DNA of 64,000 nucleotides from a candidate division WOR-3 bacterium (GCA_965648935.1 CBFGIY010000001.1:40216-104215); one strand, 5' to 3'. Numbered from the stretch's first letter, positions 1 to 9,779 are shown. Numbers and translations are program-made. The notes: generated from the sequence alone by a model not told the origin.

Positions 1-736
1 CGACATAGGGCGAAACCGACAGGACCCGGCCCATGCCCAGCTCGCGACGCGACTCGGTCTCCACCAGCCGGTAGCGGCCGCCTGGCCGCACCCGGTCGCG
101 CCAGAAAGACTCGACGAAAAGTCGCGCCTGCAGCTGCGGCGAGCCGAGCGTTATCTTCGAGTCGTCGCCTGCGGCCAGGGTCTGGCCCAGACGCACGTCC
201 AGCTTGTATACAACCCCGTTCGCCGGCGCGCGCAGCGTGAGCTGTTCGAGTTGGGCGCGCGCCAGCTTCAGCTCGGCCTGCGCCGCCGCGGCTGTCGCCG
301 AGTCCAGCTCGGCCTTGAGTCTGAGCTGGGTCAGGTCCTGGTCTGATACTCCCTGCGTCGCGTTCAGACCGGCCGCCCGCTCGTAACTGTCGCGGCTGAT
401 GGCCCTGGCCCGTTCCGCCGCGGCCAGCCGCGCCTCGGCCGCCGCGACCTGCGCCGCCTCCACCGAGTTCTCGCACACCAGCAGGGCCTGGCCCGCCTCG
501 ACCGTGTCGCCCTCGGCCGCAAGGATGGCGCTGACAGGGCGCGGCACGCGCGCGGCCACGTGCACCGGTCCGCCCAGCGGCTCGACTGCCCCGTACATCC
601 GCACCGGCGCCGCGGCCGCATCGGGCGGCTCGGGCGTCGACTTCCGCGGCGCGGACCGCAGCAGCGCGACCACCACGAACATCAGCACGACCACGACCGC
701 GACCGGCACCGTCGCCCGCCTGACAAATCTCTTCAT
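1..736 (-). CDS. HlyD-family periplasmic efflux adaptor (MacA-like), partial; 3' end lies beyond the window start
   Basis: Not in the ORF track because it has no stop in the window. Reverse-strand translation from the ATG at 736-734 gives MKRFVRRATVPVAVVVVLMFVVVALL (N-terminal TM anchor), then a coiled-coil (EAAQVAAAEARLAAAERA), then a beta-barrel motif QLEQLTLRAPANGVVYKLDVRLGQ. It lies 1 nt downstream of the ABC ATPase. Confidence 0.7.
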   Translation of the reverse strand, partial: MKRFVRRATVPVAVVVVLMFVVVALLRSAPRKSTPEPPDAAAAPVRMYGAVEPLGGPVHVAARVPRPVSAILAAEGDTVEAGQALLVCENSVEAAQVAAAEARLAAAERARAISRDSYERAAGLNATQGVSDQDLTQLRLKAELDSATAAAAQAELKLARAQLEQLTLRAPANGVVYKLDVRLGQTLAAGDDSKITLGSPQLQARLFVESFWRDRVRPGGRYRLVETESRRELGMGRVLSVSPYV

Positions 737-737
737 C

Positions 738-1457
738 TCAACTGCCTCCAGTCCCGGCGCGCGAGTCGTAGACCACCGCGCCGTCTTCCATTCTCACCAG
801 CCGGTCAGCATAGGGAAACACGCGCGGGTCGTGCGTCACCAGCACCACCCCGCGCCGCGGGTCGCGCGACAGCCGCTTGAGCGTGTCCAGCACCAGCCGG
901 CTGGAATCGACATCCAGCGCCGAGGTCGGCTCATCGCAGAGGAGCACGGCCGGGTCGCTGACGAGTGCCCGGGCGATCCCGACACGCTGCTGCTGGCCGC
1001 CCGAGAGCTGGCTCGGCCGCGCGTCGAGGTAGTCGCCCATGCCCAGTTCCTCAAGTAGCTTCACCGCCGACTGCCGGGCGCTGTCGGTCAGCCGGCCGCC
1101 CTGCACCGCCAGCGCGATGAGCACGTTGTCCAGCGCCGACAGCGCCGGCACCAGCGCCGCCTGCTGGAACACGAATCCGTACTTCCGCAGCCTCAGTGTC
1201 GCGAGCTCGTCCTCGGACCGGCCGGTCACGTCCTCGCCATCAACCTCGATCCGGCCGTTGCTCGGGCTGAGGACCAGGCCCATCACGGTCAGCAGGGTGG
1301 TTTTACCCGAACCCGAGGGCCCGGCCAGCGCGGTCAGTTCCCCGGCGAAGACATCGAGCGTCGTTTCCTTCAGCACGCGCCGCACCACGCGGCCGTCCGA
1401 GAAGTCGCGCGCCACGCCGTCGAGGCGCAGCACCGCCCTGGCCGCGCTCGTCGCCAT
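738..1457 (-). CDS. ABC transporter ATP-binding protein (MacB/LolD type)
   Basis: Walker [13 protein letters not shown] signature LSGGQQQRV and Walker [12 protein letters not shown] are present. The start at MATSAARAV (ATG 1457-1455) overlaps the permease stop as ATGA. Confidence 0.85.
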   Translation of the reverse strand: MATSAARAVLRLDGVARDFSDGRVVRRVLKETTLDVFAGELTALAGPSGSGKTTLLTVMGLVLSPSNGRIEVDGEDVTGRSEDELATLRLRKYGFVFQQAALVPALSALDNVLIALAVQGGRLTDSARQSAVKLLEELGMGDYLDARPSQLSGGQQQRVGIARALVSDPAVLLCDEPTSALDVDSSRLVLDTLKRLSRDPRRGVVLVTHDPRVFPYADRLVRMEDGAVVYDSRAGTGGS

Positions 1458-2578
1458 CAGCGAAAAGCCGAAGCCGGCTCGATGGCGAGCGCCCGGCGCA
1501 GGGCGATCGCCGAACCGGCCAGGCACAGCAGGTAAGTCAGCAGCACGTGCGCCGGCGCCAGCCACAGCGGCAGGTTTGCGGGCAGGCGCGAACCCTTGAC
1601 CCCGAACAGGAACCCGGCCAGCAGGAAGAACCCGACCAGCAGCCCGATCGAACCGATGGTCAAGGCCTGGTACAGGATGATGGCGAACACGTCGCGCCGC
1701 CGCGCCCCGAGCGCGCGCAGCACCGCGAAGTCGCGCTGGCGGTTGAGCACGTTGGTGTACATCGTCAGGGTTATGATGACCACGCCGACAATGATGCCGA
1801 TGAGCGTCGAGAAGCCGAAGCTCGACCCGATGCCGGTGCTCGTCAGGTTGTAGACAATTGTGTTACGCGCCAGCTCGGCCGACGTGATTGCGTCGGCCGC
1901 GGGCAGCAGCGCGCGGATGCGCGCGAGCGCCTGCGCGCGGTCCGCGCCCGGCCTCAGCCGGATCAGGATGTTGCTGCACCGGTCCGCGGGCAGGCCGGTC
2001 ACCTCGCGCGCCTTGGTCGCATTGGTGAACACCAGCGGCGGCCCGAACGCGCGCGACCCCTGAGTGTAACCCGCAACCTCGACCCGGCGCGAGTTGATCT
2101 CCACGACCTGGCCGATTGAGGGCCGGCCGAGGTCGGCCAGGTCAAATGTGTCCACGGTCACGGCGTCGTGCGCGAGCAGAACGGCGTTGCTGCCCCGGGC
2201 GAACTGCCACGGTCCGCCGGCCAGGGCCGGCCGCACCACGCCCACGACCGTCACGCCCTGAAAAGTGCCGTCGCTCAGGCGAAGCTGACCTCCGCCATAG
2301 ACGAGCGGCTGGGCCCACTCCACCTCTTCCAGCCCGACGATGCGGTCGACATAGCGACTGGGCAGGCTGCCCGCGGTGCCGAGCGTGCCCGCGTTGCGCG
2401 ACAGCACCCAGATGTCGGCCCCGCTGTTGTCCACCACCGCGGTCATCAGCGTCAGCAGCCCGAAGAGCACGGCGAGCTGCTGCCCGACCAGAAAAACAAT
2501 GGAAATCACGCCCAGTATCGCGCCGGCGGTGGTCGACCGGTCGTGCAGCAGCATCCGGACCGCGGCGTGCCTACGCAT
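1457..2578 (-). CDS. ABC transporter permease, FtsX/MacB-like
   Basis: 373 aa with an N-terminal TM, a large periplasmic domain and three C-terminal TMs, which is the FtsX/MacB topology. It is coupled to the ATPase downstream. Confidence 0.8.
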   Translation of the reverse strand: MRRHAAVRMLLHDRSTTAGAILGVISIVFLVGQQLAVLFGLLTLMTAVVDNSGADIWVLSRNAGTLGTAGSLPSRYVDRIVGLEEVEWAQPLVYGGGQLRLSDGTFQGVTVVGVVRPALAGGPWQFARGSNAVLLAHDAVTVDTFDLADLGRPSIGQVVEINSRRVEVAGYTQGSRAFGPPLVFTNATKAREVTGLPADRCSNILIRLRPGADRAQALARIRALLPAADAITSAELARNTIVYNLTSTGIGSSFGFSTLIGIIVGVVIITLTMYTNVLNRQRDFAVLRALGARRRDVFAIILYQALTIGSIGLLVGFFLLAGFLFGVKGSRLPANLPLWLAPAHVLLTYLLCLAGSAIALRRALAIEPASAFR

Positions 2579-3662
2579 CGCCCAGCAGCTCCCTTGCCGC
2601 GCGGTCGGCCTCGTCGAACCGGCTCACCACGACCACGCCCGGCCGCGCCAGACGCTCTGCCGCAAGGTTGGCCGCATAGCCGCCGAGGACTACCTTGACT
2701 CCGGGCAACTCCCGGCGCAGCGTCTCGACCAGTCTCCTTGCCGCGGGCAGATTGGTGATATGCTGGACCGAGAGGAACGCGGCCTCTGAAGCGGTCGAAC
2801 GCAACCCGCGCACGAGATCCACTTCGGGCACGCCGCGGCCGGTGTAGCAAACGCTCCAGCCGCGCCGCTCCAGCTCGACTCCGACCAGCCAGGCCCCGAC
2901 TTCGTGGTCCTCGCCCGGTACGCAGCCGACCAGCCCGCTGCGGTCGGCTGGGCCCGGCTCGGCCAGATCGTCGTACATCCGCACCAGCGCATACCGGCAG
3001 ACCTCGGTTGCGGCGTGCTCCTCTACGACCGAAATCTCGTTGCGCTCCCAGCGCCGGCCGATTTCAGCGAGCGCCGACTGCACGATGGCCGTGACGCGCG
3101 ACTCCGGAGTCCGGTCCGAGCGCTCAAGCAGGAACACGGCCGCGGCCCGGCGATTGCGTTCCAGCAGGATGCCGGCAAACGTCCGCGCTTCGGCAGACAG
3201 CCCCGGGGCCGGCTTCTCCGAAGCCGGTCTACCGGCGATTGGCTTGAGCTGATGCAGCGGCCCGGTCAGCACCGCGGCATCGAGCCGGCCGAGCCTTGCG
3301 TCAAGCGCCAGTATCCAGGCATCAAGCAAGTGAGCGAAGAATCCTGGTTCGAACCCCCGCGCAATCAGAACTCGCTCAATCCACTCCAGCTCGCCGCCCA
3401 GCAGTCCGACCAGCCCGACATCAAGCAGGGCGGCGTAGGTCCGTCCGAAGAGCAGGCTGTACTCCTCGACCAGCGCGGCGTTCTCGCAACCCGGGCCGAG
3501 GCACTCGAACCGCGCGTCGAGCGCGAGCTTCTCGCTCGCGGCCGCGGCAAGCGCCGGCAACTGCGCCTCCAGCGATGCGACTGCCCGTTCAGACGGCGAC
3601 TGACTGGTGTTCATCTGGCGAAAGCCTCGCGCGATTGTAGTGCCGACAACCGCGCGGGGCAA
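2571..3662 (-). CDS. Cobalamin (B12)-binding domain protein with an unknown ~170-aa N-terminal domain
   Basis: The C-terminal half has a B12-binding-2 helical bundle followed by a Rossmann B12-binding domain carrying the DxHxxG-type motif GEDHEVGAWLV. There is no MerR HTH and no radical-SAM CxxxCxxC motif. An alternative start is ATG 3614 (MNTSQ). It overlaps the permease start by 8 nt. Confidence 0.6.
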   Translation of the reverse strand: MPRAVVGTTIARGFRQMNTSQSPSERAVASLEAQLPALAAAASEKLALDARFECLGPGCENAALVEEYSLLFGRTYAALLDVGLVGLLGGELEWIERVLIARGFEPGFFAHLLDAWILALDARLGRLDAAVLTGPLHQLKPIAGRPASEKPAPGLSAEARTFAGILLERNRRAAAVFLLERSDRTPESRVTAIVQSALAEIGRRWERNEISVVEEHAATEVCRYALVRMYDDLAEPGPADRSGLVGCVPGEDHEVGAWLVGVELERRGWSVCYTGRGVPEVDLVRGLRSTASEAAFLSVQHITNLPAARRLVETLRRELPGVKVVLGGYAANLAAERLARPGVVVVSRFDEADRAARELLGDA

Positions 3663-3674
3663 GGCCCGCCGGCA

Positions 3675-4826
3675 TCAGGCTCTCGGCCCGGGCAGGATGC
3701 GACCCTTCCACGATGCCCTGCCGCGCAGCGTGAGATACATCGACCGGGCACCGATTGCCGCGCCGCATGCGACCGCCGCCGGCCCGAGCAACCCAAGGCA
3801 GAGCGGGTAGCGCCAGCGCAGCGCGGTGACCAGCCAGAGCAGCGCGCCCAGTGCCCAGCCCAGCCCGGCCATCACCAGCGAGAAACCGGAGACATCCGCA
3901 CCCAGCGCGGCCAGCGCCAGTACCGCGACCGGTTGCCAGTAAGCAACCAGCAACCAGAGCCAGGCGAAGATGAAAGCCGCAACCCCGCCCCCGAAAGCCG
4001 GAAACAGATTCTTACTGAAGCCCGCGAAAGCCTCGCGCCCGGACCGGTACATACGACAGCGCAGATAATCCATTCCATCGACCAGCCGCCAGACCAGTCC
4101 CGCCCGCGCGACGCGCCGCACCAGCGCCAGGTCATCGACCGCACTGGTACGCACCGACTCGTGCCCGCCCGCGCGTTCGTATGCCGACCGCCGAAACAGC
4201 AAGTACTGGCCATTGGCCGCGGTGAAAGCAGGATTGCGCCAGCGCTCGACGACGCGCACCGCGAGAAAGCAGGTGATGCTCCAGAGCATTATCGGCACGG
4301 TCAGCGCCTCGCCCGGTGTTCCCACCTCCTCATATGGCACCAGCGACAGCAGGTCGGCGCGCTCGGCATGCAGCGCCGCGACTGCCCGGCCCAGGCAGTC
4401 GGGCGCGTGCCTCGTGTCGGCGTCGGTGAACAGCAGCAGCTCCCCGCCTGCCGCCTGCGCGAGCTGATGGCAGGCCCACGACTTGCCGACCCAGCCCTCG
4501 GGCAGCATCGCCCCTTCAATCAGGCGCAGCCGAGGCTCCGACCGCGCGAGCCGCATTACTGCTTCTCTCGTACCATCGCTGGACTGGTCGTCAAGAACGA
4601 GCAGTTCGAAGTCGGGATACTCCTGCGCGAGCAGAGACCCCACGACAGCTTCGGCGTTGTGCACCTCGTCCCGCATCGGCAGGCAGATTGACACGCGCGG
4701 CTGAACTGCCCCGGGCCGGTATCTCCCGAGTCGGCGAAACGACAGCGCGTTGTAGAGCGCGATCAGCAGAATAACTGACAGGAAGACGACGATGCCGGCC
4801 TGATGCTCGATCCAGAAGAGGTTCAA
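3675..4826 (-). CDS. Membrane-bound family-2 glycosyltransferase (CrtQ/HpnI-like lipid glycosyltransferase)
   Basis: The long ORF 3675..5402 is real only downstream of the PlsY stop. A TTG start at 4826 overlaps the PlsY TGA as TTGA. There is an N-terminal TM (IVVFLSVILLIALY), the GT-A motifs SICLPMRDE, LDDQSSDGT and FTDADT, and several C-terminal TM helices. Confidence 0.65.
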   Translation of the reverse strand: MNLFWIEHQAGIVVFLSVILLIALYNALSFRRLGRYRPGAVQPRVSICLPMRDEVHNAEAVVGSLLAQEYPDFELLVLDDQSSDGTREAVMRLARSEPRLRLIEGAMLPEGWVGKSWACHQLAQAAGGELLLFTDADTRHAPDCLGRAVAALHAERADLLSLVPYEEVGTPGEALTVPIMLWSITCFLAVRVVERWRNPAFTAANGQYLLFRRSAYERAGGHESVRTSAVDDLALVRRVARAGLVWRLVDGMDYLRCRMYRSGREAFAGFSKNLFPAFGGGVAAFIFAWLWLLVAYWQPVAVLALAALGADVSGFSLVMAGLGWALGALLWLVTALRWRYPLCLGLLGPAAVACGAAIGARSMYLTLRGRASWKGRILPGPRA

Positions 4827-5425
4827 CGTCTGCTCCGACGCAGCAGCGGCCCCGGTCCGGGTCGATGCAGGTCGCGGCGGTGCTTCCACAGCAACAGCGC
4901 AAAGTCTGCCAACCAGAAAACATAAACCGCGGGCTCGGCCCCACGCACCAGCCAGTATGCCAGCAGCACGACCATACCCCCGAGAACTACCCAGCCGCTG
5001 CCTGCCGTCAGCAGTCCCAGCAGTGCGAACCCGCCTCCCAGCACTGTCGGCCCTTCCCAGAGAGTCAGGCCGCACCAGGCGCCGAATGACGCGGCAATCG
5101 CCTTGCCGCCCCTGAATCCGAGCAACGGGGAAAACGCGTGGCCGAACACCGGCGCGGCTGCGACCGGCACGAGCCACCAGCCGCTGGCCCCGAATACCCA
5201 GCGCGCCAGCCCGACCGGCACCGCGGCCTTCAGGAAGTCGAGCCAGAGCGCGGGCAGACCCACCCGCCACGACCCTGCCTTCCATGCATTGACCGCGCCC
5301 GGGTTGCCGTCGCCGACCTTTCGGATGTCCTTTCTGGAGAATGCGCGCGCGAGCCACGCCGAAAAAGGCAGGCTGCCTGATGCGAACCCGGCTCCGACCC
5401 ACAGCAAAGCCAGACCGACCGTCAC
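4823..5425 (-). CDS. plsY: Glycerol-3-phosphate acyltransferase PlsY
   Basis: The conserved GDGNPGAVNAWKAG motif (the G-S/D-G-N-x-G-A-x-N block) is present, in a multi-TM ~200-aa protein. Confidence 0.85.
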   Translation of the reverse strand: MTVGLALLWVGAGFASGSLPFSAWLARAFSRKDIRKVGDGNPGAVNAWKAGSWRVGLPALWLDFLKAAVPVGLARWVFGASGWWLVPVAAAPVFGHAFSPLLGFRGGKAIAASFGAWCGLTLWEGPTVLGGGFALLGLLTAGSGWVVLGGMVVLLAYWLVRGAEPAVYVFWLADFALLLWKHRRDLHRPGPGPLLRRSRR

Positions 5426-5450
5426 TGGGCCGACCCGGGCAGACGCGGTC

Positions 5451-7568
5451 TCAACGAACTACCGCGAAACGGGCGGTCGCGGTTCGGCCGCCCTGACGGG
5501 CGAGCGCGAAGTAGCTACCGACCGGCAGATGTGCCGTCGCCATCCTCGCGCCTGTGCCCGGTTCGAGGTCCAGCGTTGCGACAGCCTGTCCGAGGCAGTC
5601 CGCGACCGTAACCCGGACCAGTCCGTCCCAGACTGCGTTCACGGCGAAAGTCACCGAACCGCGGCCTGCGAGCGCGGTGAGCCCGGCTTCAGGCCGATCA
5701 GCCCGACCGGTCTCGGACACCCCGGTGTACAGCTTGCGGTATCCCTGCACGCCGTCCCAGTAGTCCGCGATGTAGACGTGATCGCCGACAACCGCGACAC
5801 CGTGCGCTGATCCGGGTGTCGTGTAGTGGCCGGCGTTGCGCGGCGAGCTCGGTGCATCGACCCGCACGACCCTGAGCCCGGCGTCGTGGTCGGCGACACA
5901 GACGAAAGGGTAGGCTGTGGCCACGCCCCGCGCCAGGCCGGGTGTGTTGTACGAACCGACCTCGCGCGGACTGGCCGGGTTGGAAACATTGATGACCCTC
6001 AGACCTTGGTTGTCGTCCGCGACATACGCGTAGTTGCCGTAGAGCGCCACGCCGCAGGCCGTACCCGGCGTATCAACGAAGCCGACCTCGGTCGGGTTGC
6101 CCGGACCGGCGATGCTGACAATCCTCAGGCCGGCATTGCCGTCGGCAAGGAAGGCGTGGTCGGCGCGCACGGCGACCCCGGTCGTCCAGCCGGGTGAGTC
6201 GTATAACCCGGCTTCCCACGGCGTGGCCGGTTCGGCAAGTTCCACAACCCGCAACCCGTACTGCTCGGCCGCAACATAGGCTCGAGTGCCGGCCAAGGCC
6301 ACGGCTGCGGCCGGCCCGGGCAACGGGCAACGTCCGACAGGCGCGGGCCGAGCCGGGTCGGCGACATCGACAACCACCAGGCCGGCGGTGTCGCAGGCGA
6401 CCGCGGCCAGACCGGACCTCACTGCCACGCCGCGCGCCGACCCGGGCAGGGGACAATGCCCGACCTCGCGCAGGTCTCCGGCGTCAACCGAGAGAACTCG
6501 CAGTCCGTCCGGACCGCAGGCGACGAAGCCGTGCCCGGCATCAATGCACAATGCAGTCGCGGGTCCGGGGACCCCGAATCGCGCCTCAAGCCGCGGGTTG
6601 AACGGGTCTCGCACATCGATGACATACAGCCCGGCGTCGTTGCCGGCACAGAAAGCATACCCGGCGAGCACCGCAACATCGTAGACCTGTCCGGGAAGGT
6701 CGATCGCGCCGATCTCGAAAGGAGCCAGCGGATTTCCGATGTGAATGACGCGCAGGCCCGCATCAACATCGGCGACATAGGCGTAATCGCCGGCCAGCGC
6801 CACCCGCCATGCCGTGCCCGGCGTGTCGTGGGAGCCGAGCATCACCGGTGCGGTCGGCACGCTGACGTCGAGTATGTGCAGTCCCGCGCTGCCGTCGGCC
6901 ACGTAGGCGAAACTGCCGCGCACCACGATATCCCGTGCCTGTCCCGGCGTGTCGAGAAGTCCGCGCCGCCGGGGGTGGGTCGGGTCGGTCGCAAGCAGCA
7001 CGACGACCCCCAGCGCGTCGTGGGCCACGAGGGCGTAGTCGCCCGCCAGCGCCACGCTCCATGCGAAACCGGTCGTGTCATAAGAGCCGACCTCGCTCCA
7101 GTCGCTCAGGCGGACGACACGCACTCCCCGGCCCTCGTCGGCAATCCACGCGTGCGTCGGGCTGACGGTGATGTTCTCGGCCAGGCCCGGCGTGTCACGG
7201 CCGCCGAGCCGGACCGGCGCGGCTGGGTCGGCGATGTTCCACGCCTCGACGCCTTCGGCGTAGTCGGCGATGTAGAGCCGCCGCGTGCCCGCGTCGTAAT
7301 GCAGGCCGCGCGCCCAGCCTCGGCTGTGCACGGCTTCAGAGACCCTGGTCGGCGCGGCCGGGTTCGACACGTCGACCACGTACACCCCGCCGCCGGACCC
7401 GACGAAGACCAGCCCACGTGCAGTATCCACAGCCACGCACCAGCTCGGGCCGAAAGGCCAGTTGCCGACAAAGGTAACGTACTGCGAATCGGCAAGGGCC
7501 TGAGCACCTGCGCCGGGCAACGGCATCCCGGCGACCAGAGCTGATAGTACTGAACCGATGGCGCTCAT
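5451..7568 (-). CDS. Secreted LVIVD-repeat beta-propeller protein with a T9SS-type C-terminal sorting domain
   Basis: There is a signal peptide and about 12 repeats of the pattern A(G/Y)A(Y/F)VAD...GL(R/H)V(I/V)D(V)S(N/D)P, which is the LVIVD repeat. The C-terminal ~70 aa ends ARFAVVR, like the other cargo tails in this window. Confidence 0.75.
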   Translation of the reverse strand: MSAIGSVLSALVAGMPLPGAGAQALADSQYVTFVGNWPFGPSWCVAVDTARGLVFVGSGGGVYVVDVSNPAAPTRVSEAVHSRGWARGLHYDAGTRRLYIADYAEGVEAWNIADPAAPVRLGGRDTPGLAENITVSPTHAWIADEGRGVRVVRLSDWSEVGSYDTTGFAWSVALAGDYALVAHDALGVVVLLATDPTHPRRRGLLDTPGQARDIVVRGSFAYVADGSAGLHILDVSVPTAPVMLGSHDTPGTAWRVALAGDYAYVADVDAGLRVIHIGNPLAPFEIGAIDLPGQVYDVAVLAGYAFCAGNDAGLYVIDVRDPFNPRLEARFGVPGPATALCIDAGHGFVACGPDGLRVLSVDAGDLREVGHCPLPGSARGVAVRSGLAAVACDTAGLVVVDVADPARPAPVGRCPLPGPAAAVALAGTRAYVAAEQYGLRVVELAEPATPWEAGLYDSPGWTTGVAVRADHAFLADGNAGLRIVSIAGPGNPTEVGFVDTPGTACGVALYGNYAYVADDNQGLRVINVSNPASPREVGSYNTPGLARGVATAYPFVCVADHDAGLRVVRVDAPSSPRNAGHYTTPGSAHGVAVVGDHVYIADYWDGVQGYRKLYTGVSETGRADRPEAGLTALAGRGSVTFAVNAVWDGLVRVTVADCLGQAVATLDLEPGTGARMATAHLPVGSYFALARQGGRTATARFAVVR

Positions 7569-7656
7569 GGCACTGACGCAGTCTAGTCTTTGCCCCGGCG
7601 CGCGTCAACCGCGGCCGGCTTGACTTGGCCGCGTGTCTCGGCTAGATTCTGGGCAC

Positions 7657-7730
7657 GCGCCCGTAGCTCAGCTGGATAGAGCGGCAGACTCCGGATCTGC
7701 AGGCCACGCGTTCAACTCGCGTCGGGCGCT
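7657..7730 (+). tRNA. tRNA-Arg (anticodon CCG)
   Basis: The cloverleaf was folded by hand: acceptor GCGCCCG/CGGGCGC, D-stem GCTC/GAGC, anticodon stem GCAGA/TCTGC with loop CTCCGGA, T-arm ACGCG-TTCAACT-CGCGT, discriminator T. It is 74 nt. Confidence 0.85.
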
Positions 7731-7762
7731 TTCTCTGTCCCTAGACCCACCTGGAGGTTCTG

Positions 7763-8281
7763 ATGGACTTCTACAAGGCAGTCCAGTCCCGCCTGAGCAT
7801 CCGCGCCTACAAGCCTGACCCGGTACCGGAGGAAGCGCTGAACCGCATTCTCGAAGCGGCGCGGCTCGCTCCCTCAGCGAAGAATCTCCAGCCGTGGAAG
7901 TTCATCGTGGTCAAAGACCCCGCGGTCCGCGCCGCGCTCATTCCCGCCTGCCGGGGTCAGGCCTTCGTCGGCGAGGCTCCGCTGGTCATCTGCGCCTGCG
8001 CGGTCGAATCGGAAGCCTGGACCAATATGGGCGGGTACTGGAAATCGGACATCGTCGACGTCACGATTGCGTTCGAGCATATCGTGCTTGCCGCCGCGGC
8101 CGAGGGTTTCGGCACCTGCTGGATCGGCGCGTTCCTGGAAGAGGAAGTCCGCAAGGTCCTGGCGATACCGGCCGGCGTCAAGCCCGTCGCCCTGACCCCG
8201 CTCGGCTACCCTGCGCGCGAGGCGAAACCGCGCCCGCGCAAAAGCCTGTCCGAGATTGTCTGCTGGGACCGCTACTGCTGA
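7763..8281 (+). CDS. Nitroreductase-family protein
   Basis: Nitroreductase fold motifs are present: RLSIRAY, LEAARLAPSAKNLQPWKFIVV and AAEGFGTCWIG. Confidence 0.85.
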   Translation: MDFYKAVQSRLSIRAYKPDPVPEEALNRILEAARLAPSAKNLQPWKFIVVKDPAVRAALIPACRGQAFVGEAPLVICACAVESEAWTNMGGYWKSDIVDVTIAFEHIVLAAAAEGFGTCWIGAFLEEEVRKVLAIPAGVKPVALTPLGYPAREAKPRPRKSLSEIVCWDRYC

Positions 8282-8718
8282 GCCGGCTCGACCTCGCGCT
8301 CCATTATCAGCGCGTCCTCGCCGTTCTCGTAGTAGCCCTTGCGCGTGAACGTCGGCACGAAACCGTGCGTAGTGTAGAATAGCCGGGCCGCCGCGTTGGA
8401 AACCCGCACCTCAAGGTAGGCTGACCTCGCGCCGGCCGCGGCGGCGAACCGCAGCACCTCGTCCATCAAGGCCCGGCCGACTCCGCGCCGCCGGCTCTCC
8501 GGCGCCACCGCGAAGTTGGCGATGTGCAGTTCGTCCGTGCCCCACGCCACCGCGTACCCGACAACCTGTCCGCCCTCCTCCGCCACTATGCAGAGTCCCT
8601 GCTGACGCCCGAGGTCAGACCGAAAGAACGAACGCCGCCACGGATTGGGAAAGATTGCCTGCTCGAGCTCCATCACCCGATCAAGGTCAGCATCGGTCAT
8701 CCGGCGCACAAGCACCAC
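8272..8718 (-). CDS. rimI: Ribosomal-protein-alanine N-acetyltransferase (RimI-like GNAT)
   Basis: GNAT motif A (RRRGVGRALM) and the RimI-like core (GYAVAW...LHIANFAVAPESRRRG). The start may instead be the internal MTDADLD (8700). Confidence 0.75.
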   Translation of the reverse strand: MVLVRRMTDADLDRVMELEQAIFPNPWRRSFFRSDLGRQQGLCIVAEEGGQVVGYAVAWGTDELHIANFAVAPESRRRGVGRALMDEVLRFAAAAGARSAYLEVRVSNAAARLFYTTHGFVPTFTRKGYYENGEDALIMEREVEPAQQ

Positions 8719-8747
8719 GGCGTACTATCGGCGGTGTCGGGCGCGTG

Positions 8748-9779
8748 TCAACCCGGACGGCCGCCCGGCCCCTTGCCGGGCCTGCGACCAAGCAATTCCA
8801 GCACCCGCAGGAGATCGCGGTGGAACGCCTCGGCCGTGTCGGGTGCCGTGGCCTTGCCCGGGTAGATTTCGTACAAAGCCCGGTACTGCGGCGGCGTCAG
8901 GTTCGGCATCCAGACGTTTGCCCCGCGCGCCAGTCCCAGCTCGCGCCCCTGCCCCGGATTCACCGTCGCCAGCGCCGTAGTTGTCGGAATGTTGGCGTCC
9001 GGGCACGCCAGCCGCACCAGAGCCATCGCCCTGGTCGTCATCTCGTCGGTCGCCGGAACCTGCTCTTGGTCAGGCAGCGCCAGCCTTGCCGCATCACGGC
9101 CGAGCGGCGTGTCCGGGTGCGCGAGGTATGGCCCGACCCCGACCATCTCCAGTTCGAGCTCGCGGAACAGCATTATGTCGTCGGCCAGCGACTCGAAGCT
9201 CTGGCCGGGAATACCGACCATCACCCCGGATCCGGTCTCGTACCCCATTGCCTTGATGCGCCTGAGCAGCTCGAGCCGGTGCATTTCCTCGTCGCCGCAC
9301 CCGGGATGGACTGCCCGGAACAGCGCTTCGTCCGACGTCTCGTGCTTCAGCAGATAGCGGTCAGCGCCGGCCGCCCGCCACAGCTCGAGTTCGGCCACTC
9401 TCCGTTCGCCCAGGGACAGCGTTACCGCGAGCGGCGTTTCACCCTTGATGCGCCGCACGACGCGCTCGACCCAGTCCGCGGTCAGGCCCGGGTCCTCACC
9501 GGCCTGCAGCACGACCGTGCCGTAGCCGAGCCGCTGGGCCAGTCGAACGCAATCCATCACTTCGCTCTCGCTGAGCCGATAGCGCTCAATCCGCCGGCCG
9601 GCACGGATTCCGCAGTAGTGGCACGCGCGGCGGCAGTAGTTCGAAACTTCTATCAATCCGCGCAGGTGCACCTCGTCGCCGACGTGCTCGCGCCTTACCC
9701 GGTCGGCATCGGCCCACAGCTCGTCGAGCCGCGAATGGTCGCCTTCCCGCAGCCAGCCGAGTATCTCTGCGCGTGTCAT
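8748..9779 (-). CDS. hydE: [FeFe]-hydrogenase maturase HydE (radical SAM)
   Basis: CxxxCxxC radical-SAM motif CRRACHYCG. It is BioB/HydE-like throughout and sits next to hydF and hydG. Confidence 0.8.
   Translation of the reverse strand: MTRAEILGWLREGDHSRLDELWADADRVRREHVGDEVHLRGLIEVSNYCRRACHYCGIRAGRRIERYRLSESEVMDCVRLAQRLGYGTVVLQAGEDPGLTADWVERVVRRIKGETPLAVTLSLGERRVAELELWRAAGADRYLLKHETSDEALFRAVHPGCGDEEMHRLELLRRIKAMGYETGSGVMVGIPGQSFESLADDIMLFRELELEMVGVGPYLAHPDTPLGRDAARLALPDQEQVPATDEMTTRAMALVRLACPDANIPTTTALATVNPGQGRELGLARGANVWMPNLTPPQYRALYEIYPGKATAPDTAEAFHRDLLRVLELLGRRPGKGPGGRPG

Noticed and set aside
2904-4691. 595-aa plus-strand ORF
   Set aside because: It is antisense to the B12-binding protein and GT2 genes. 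The translation is Arg/Pro/Gln-rich nonsense with no motifs.
4827-5402. N-terminal ~190 aa of track ORF 3675..5402
   Set aside because: PlsY, which has a strong conserved motif, occupies this DNA in another frame. The GT2 begins at the TTG overlapping the PlsY stop.
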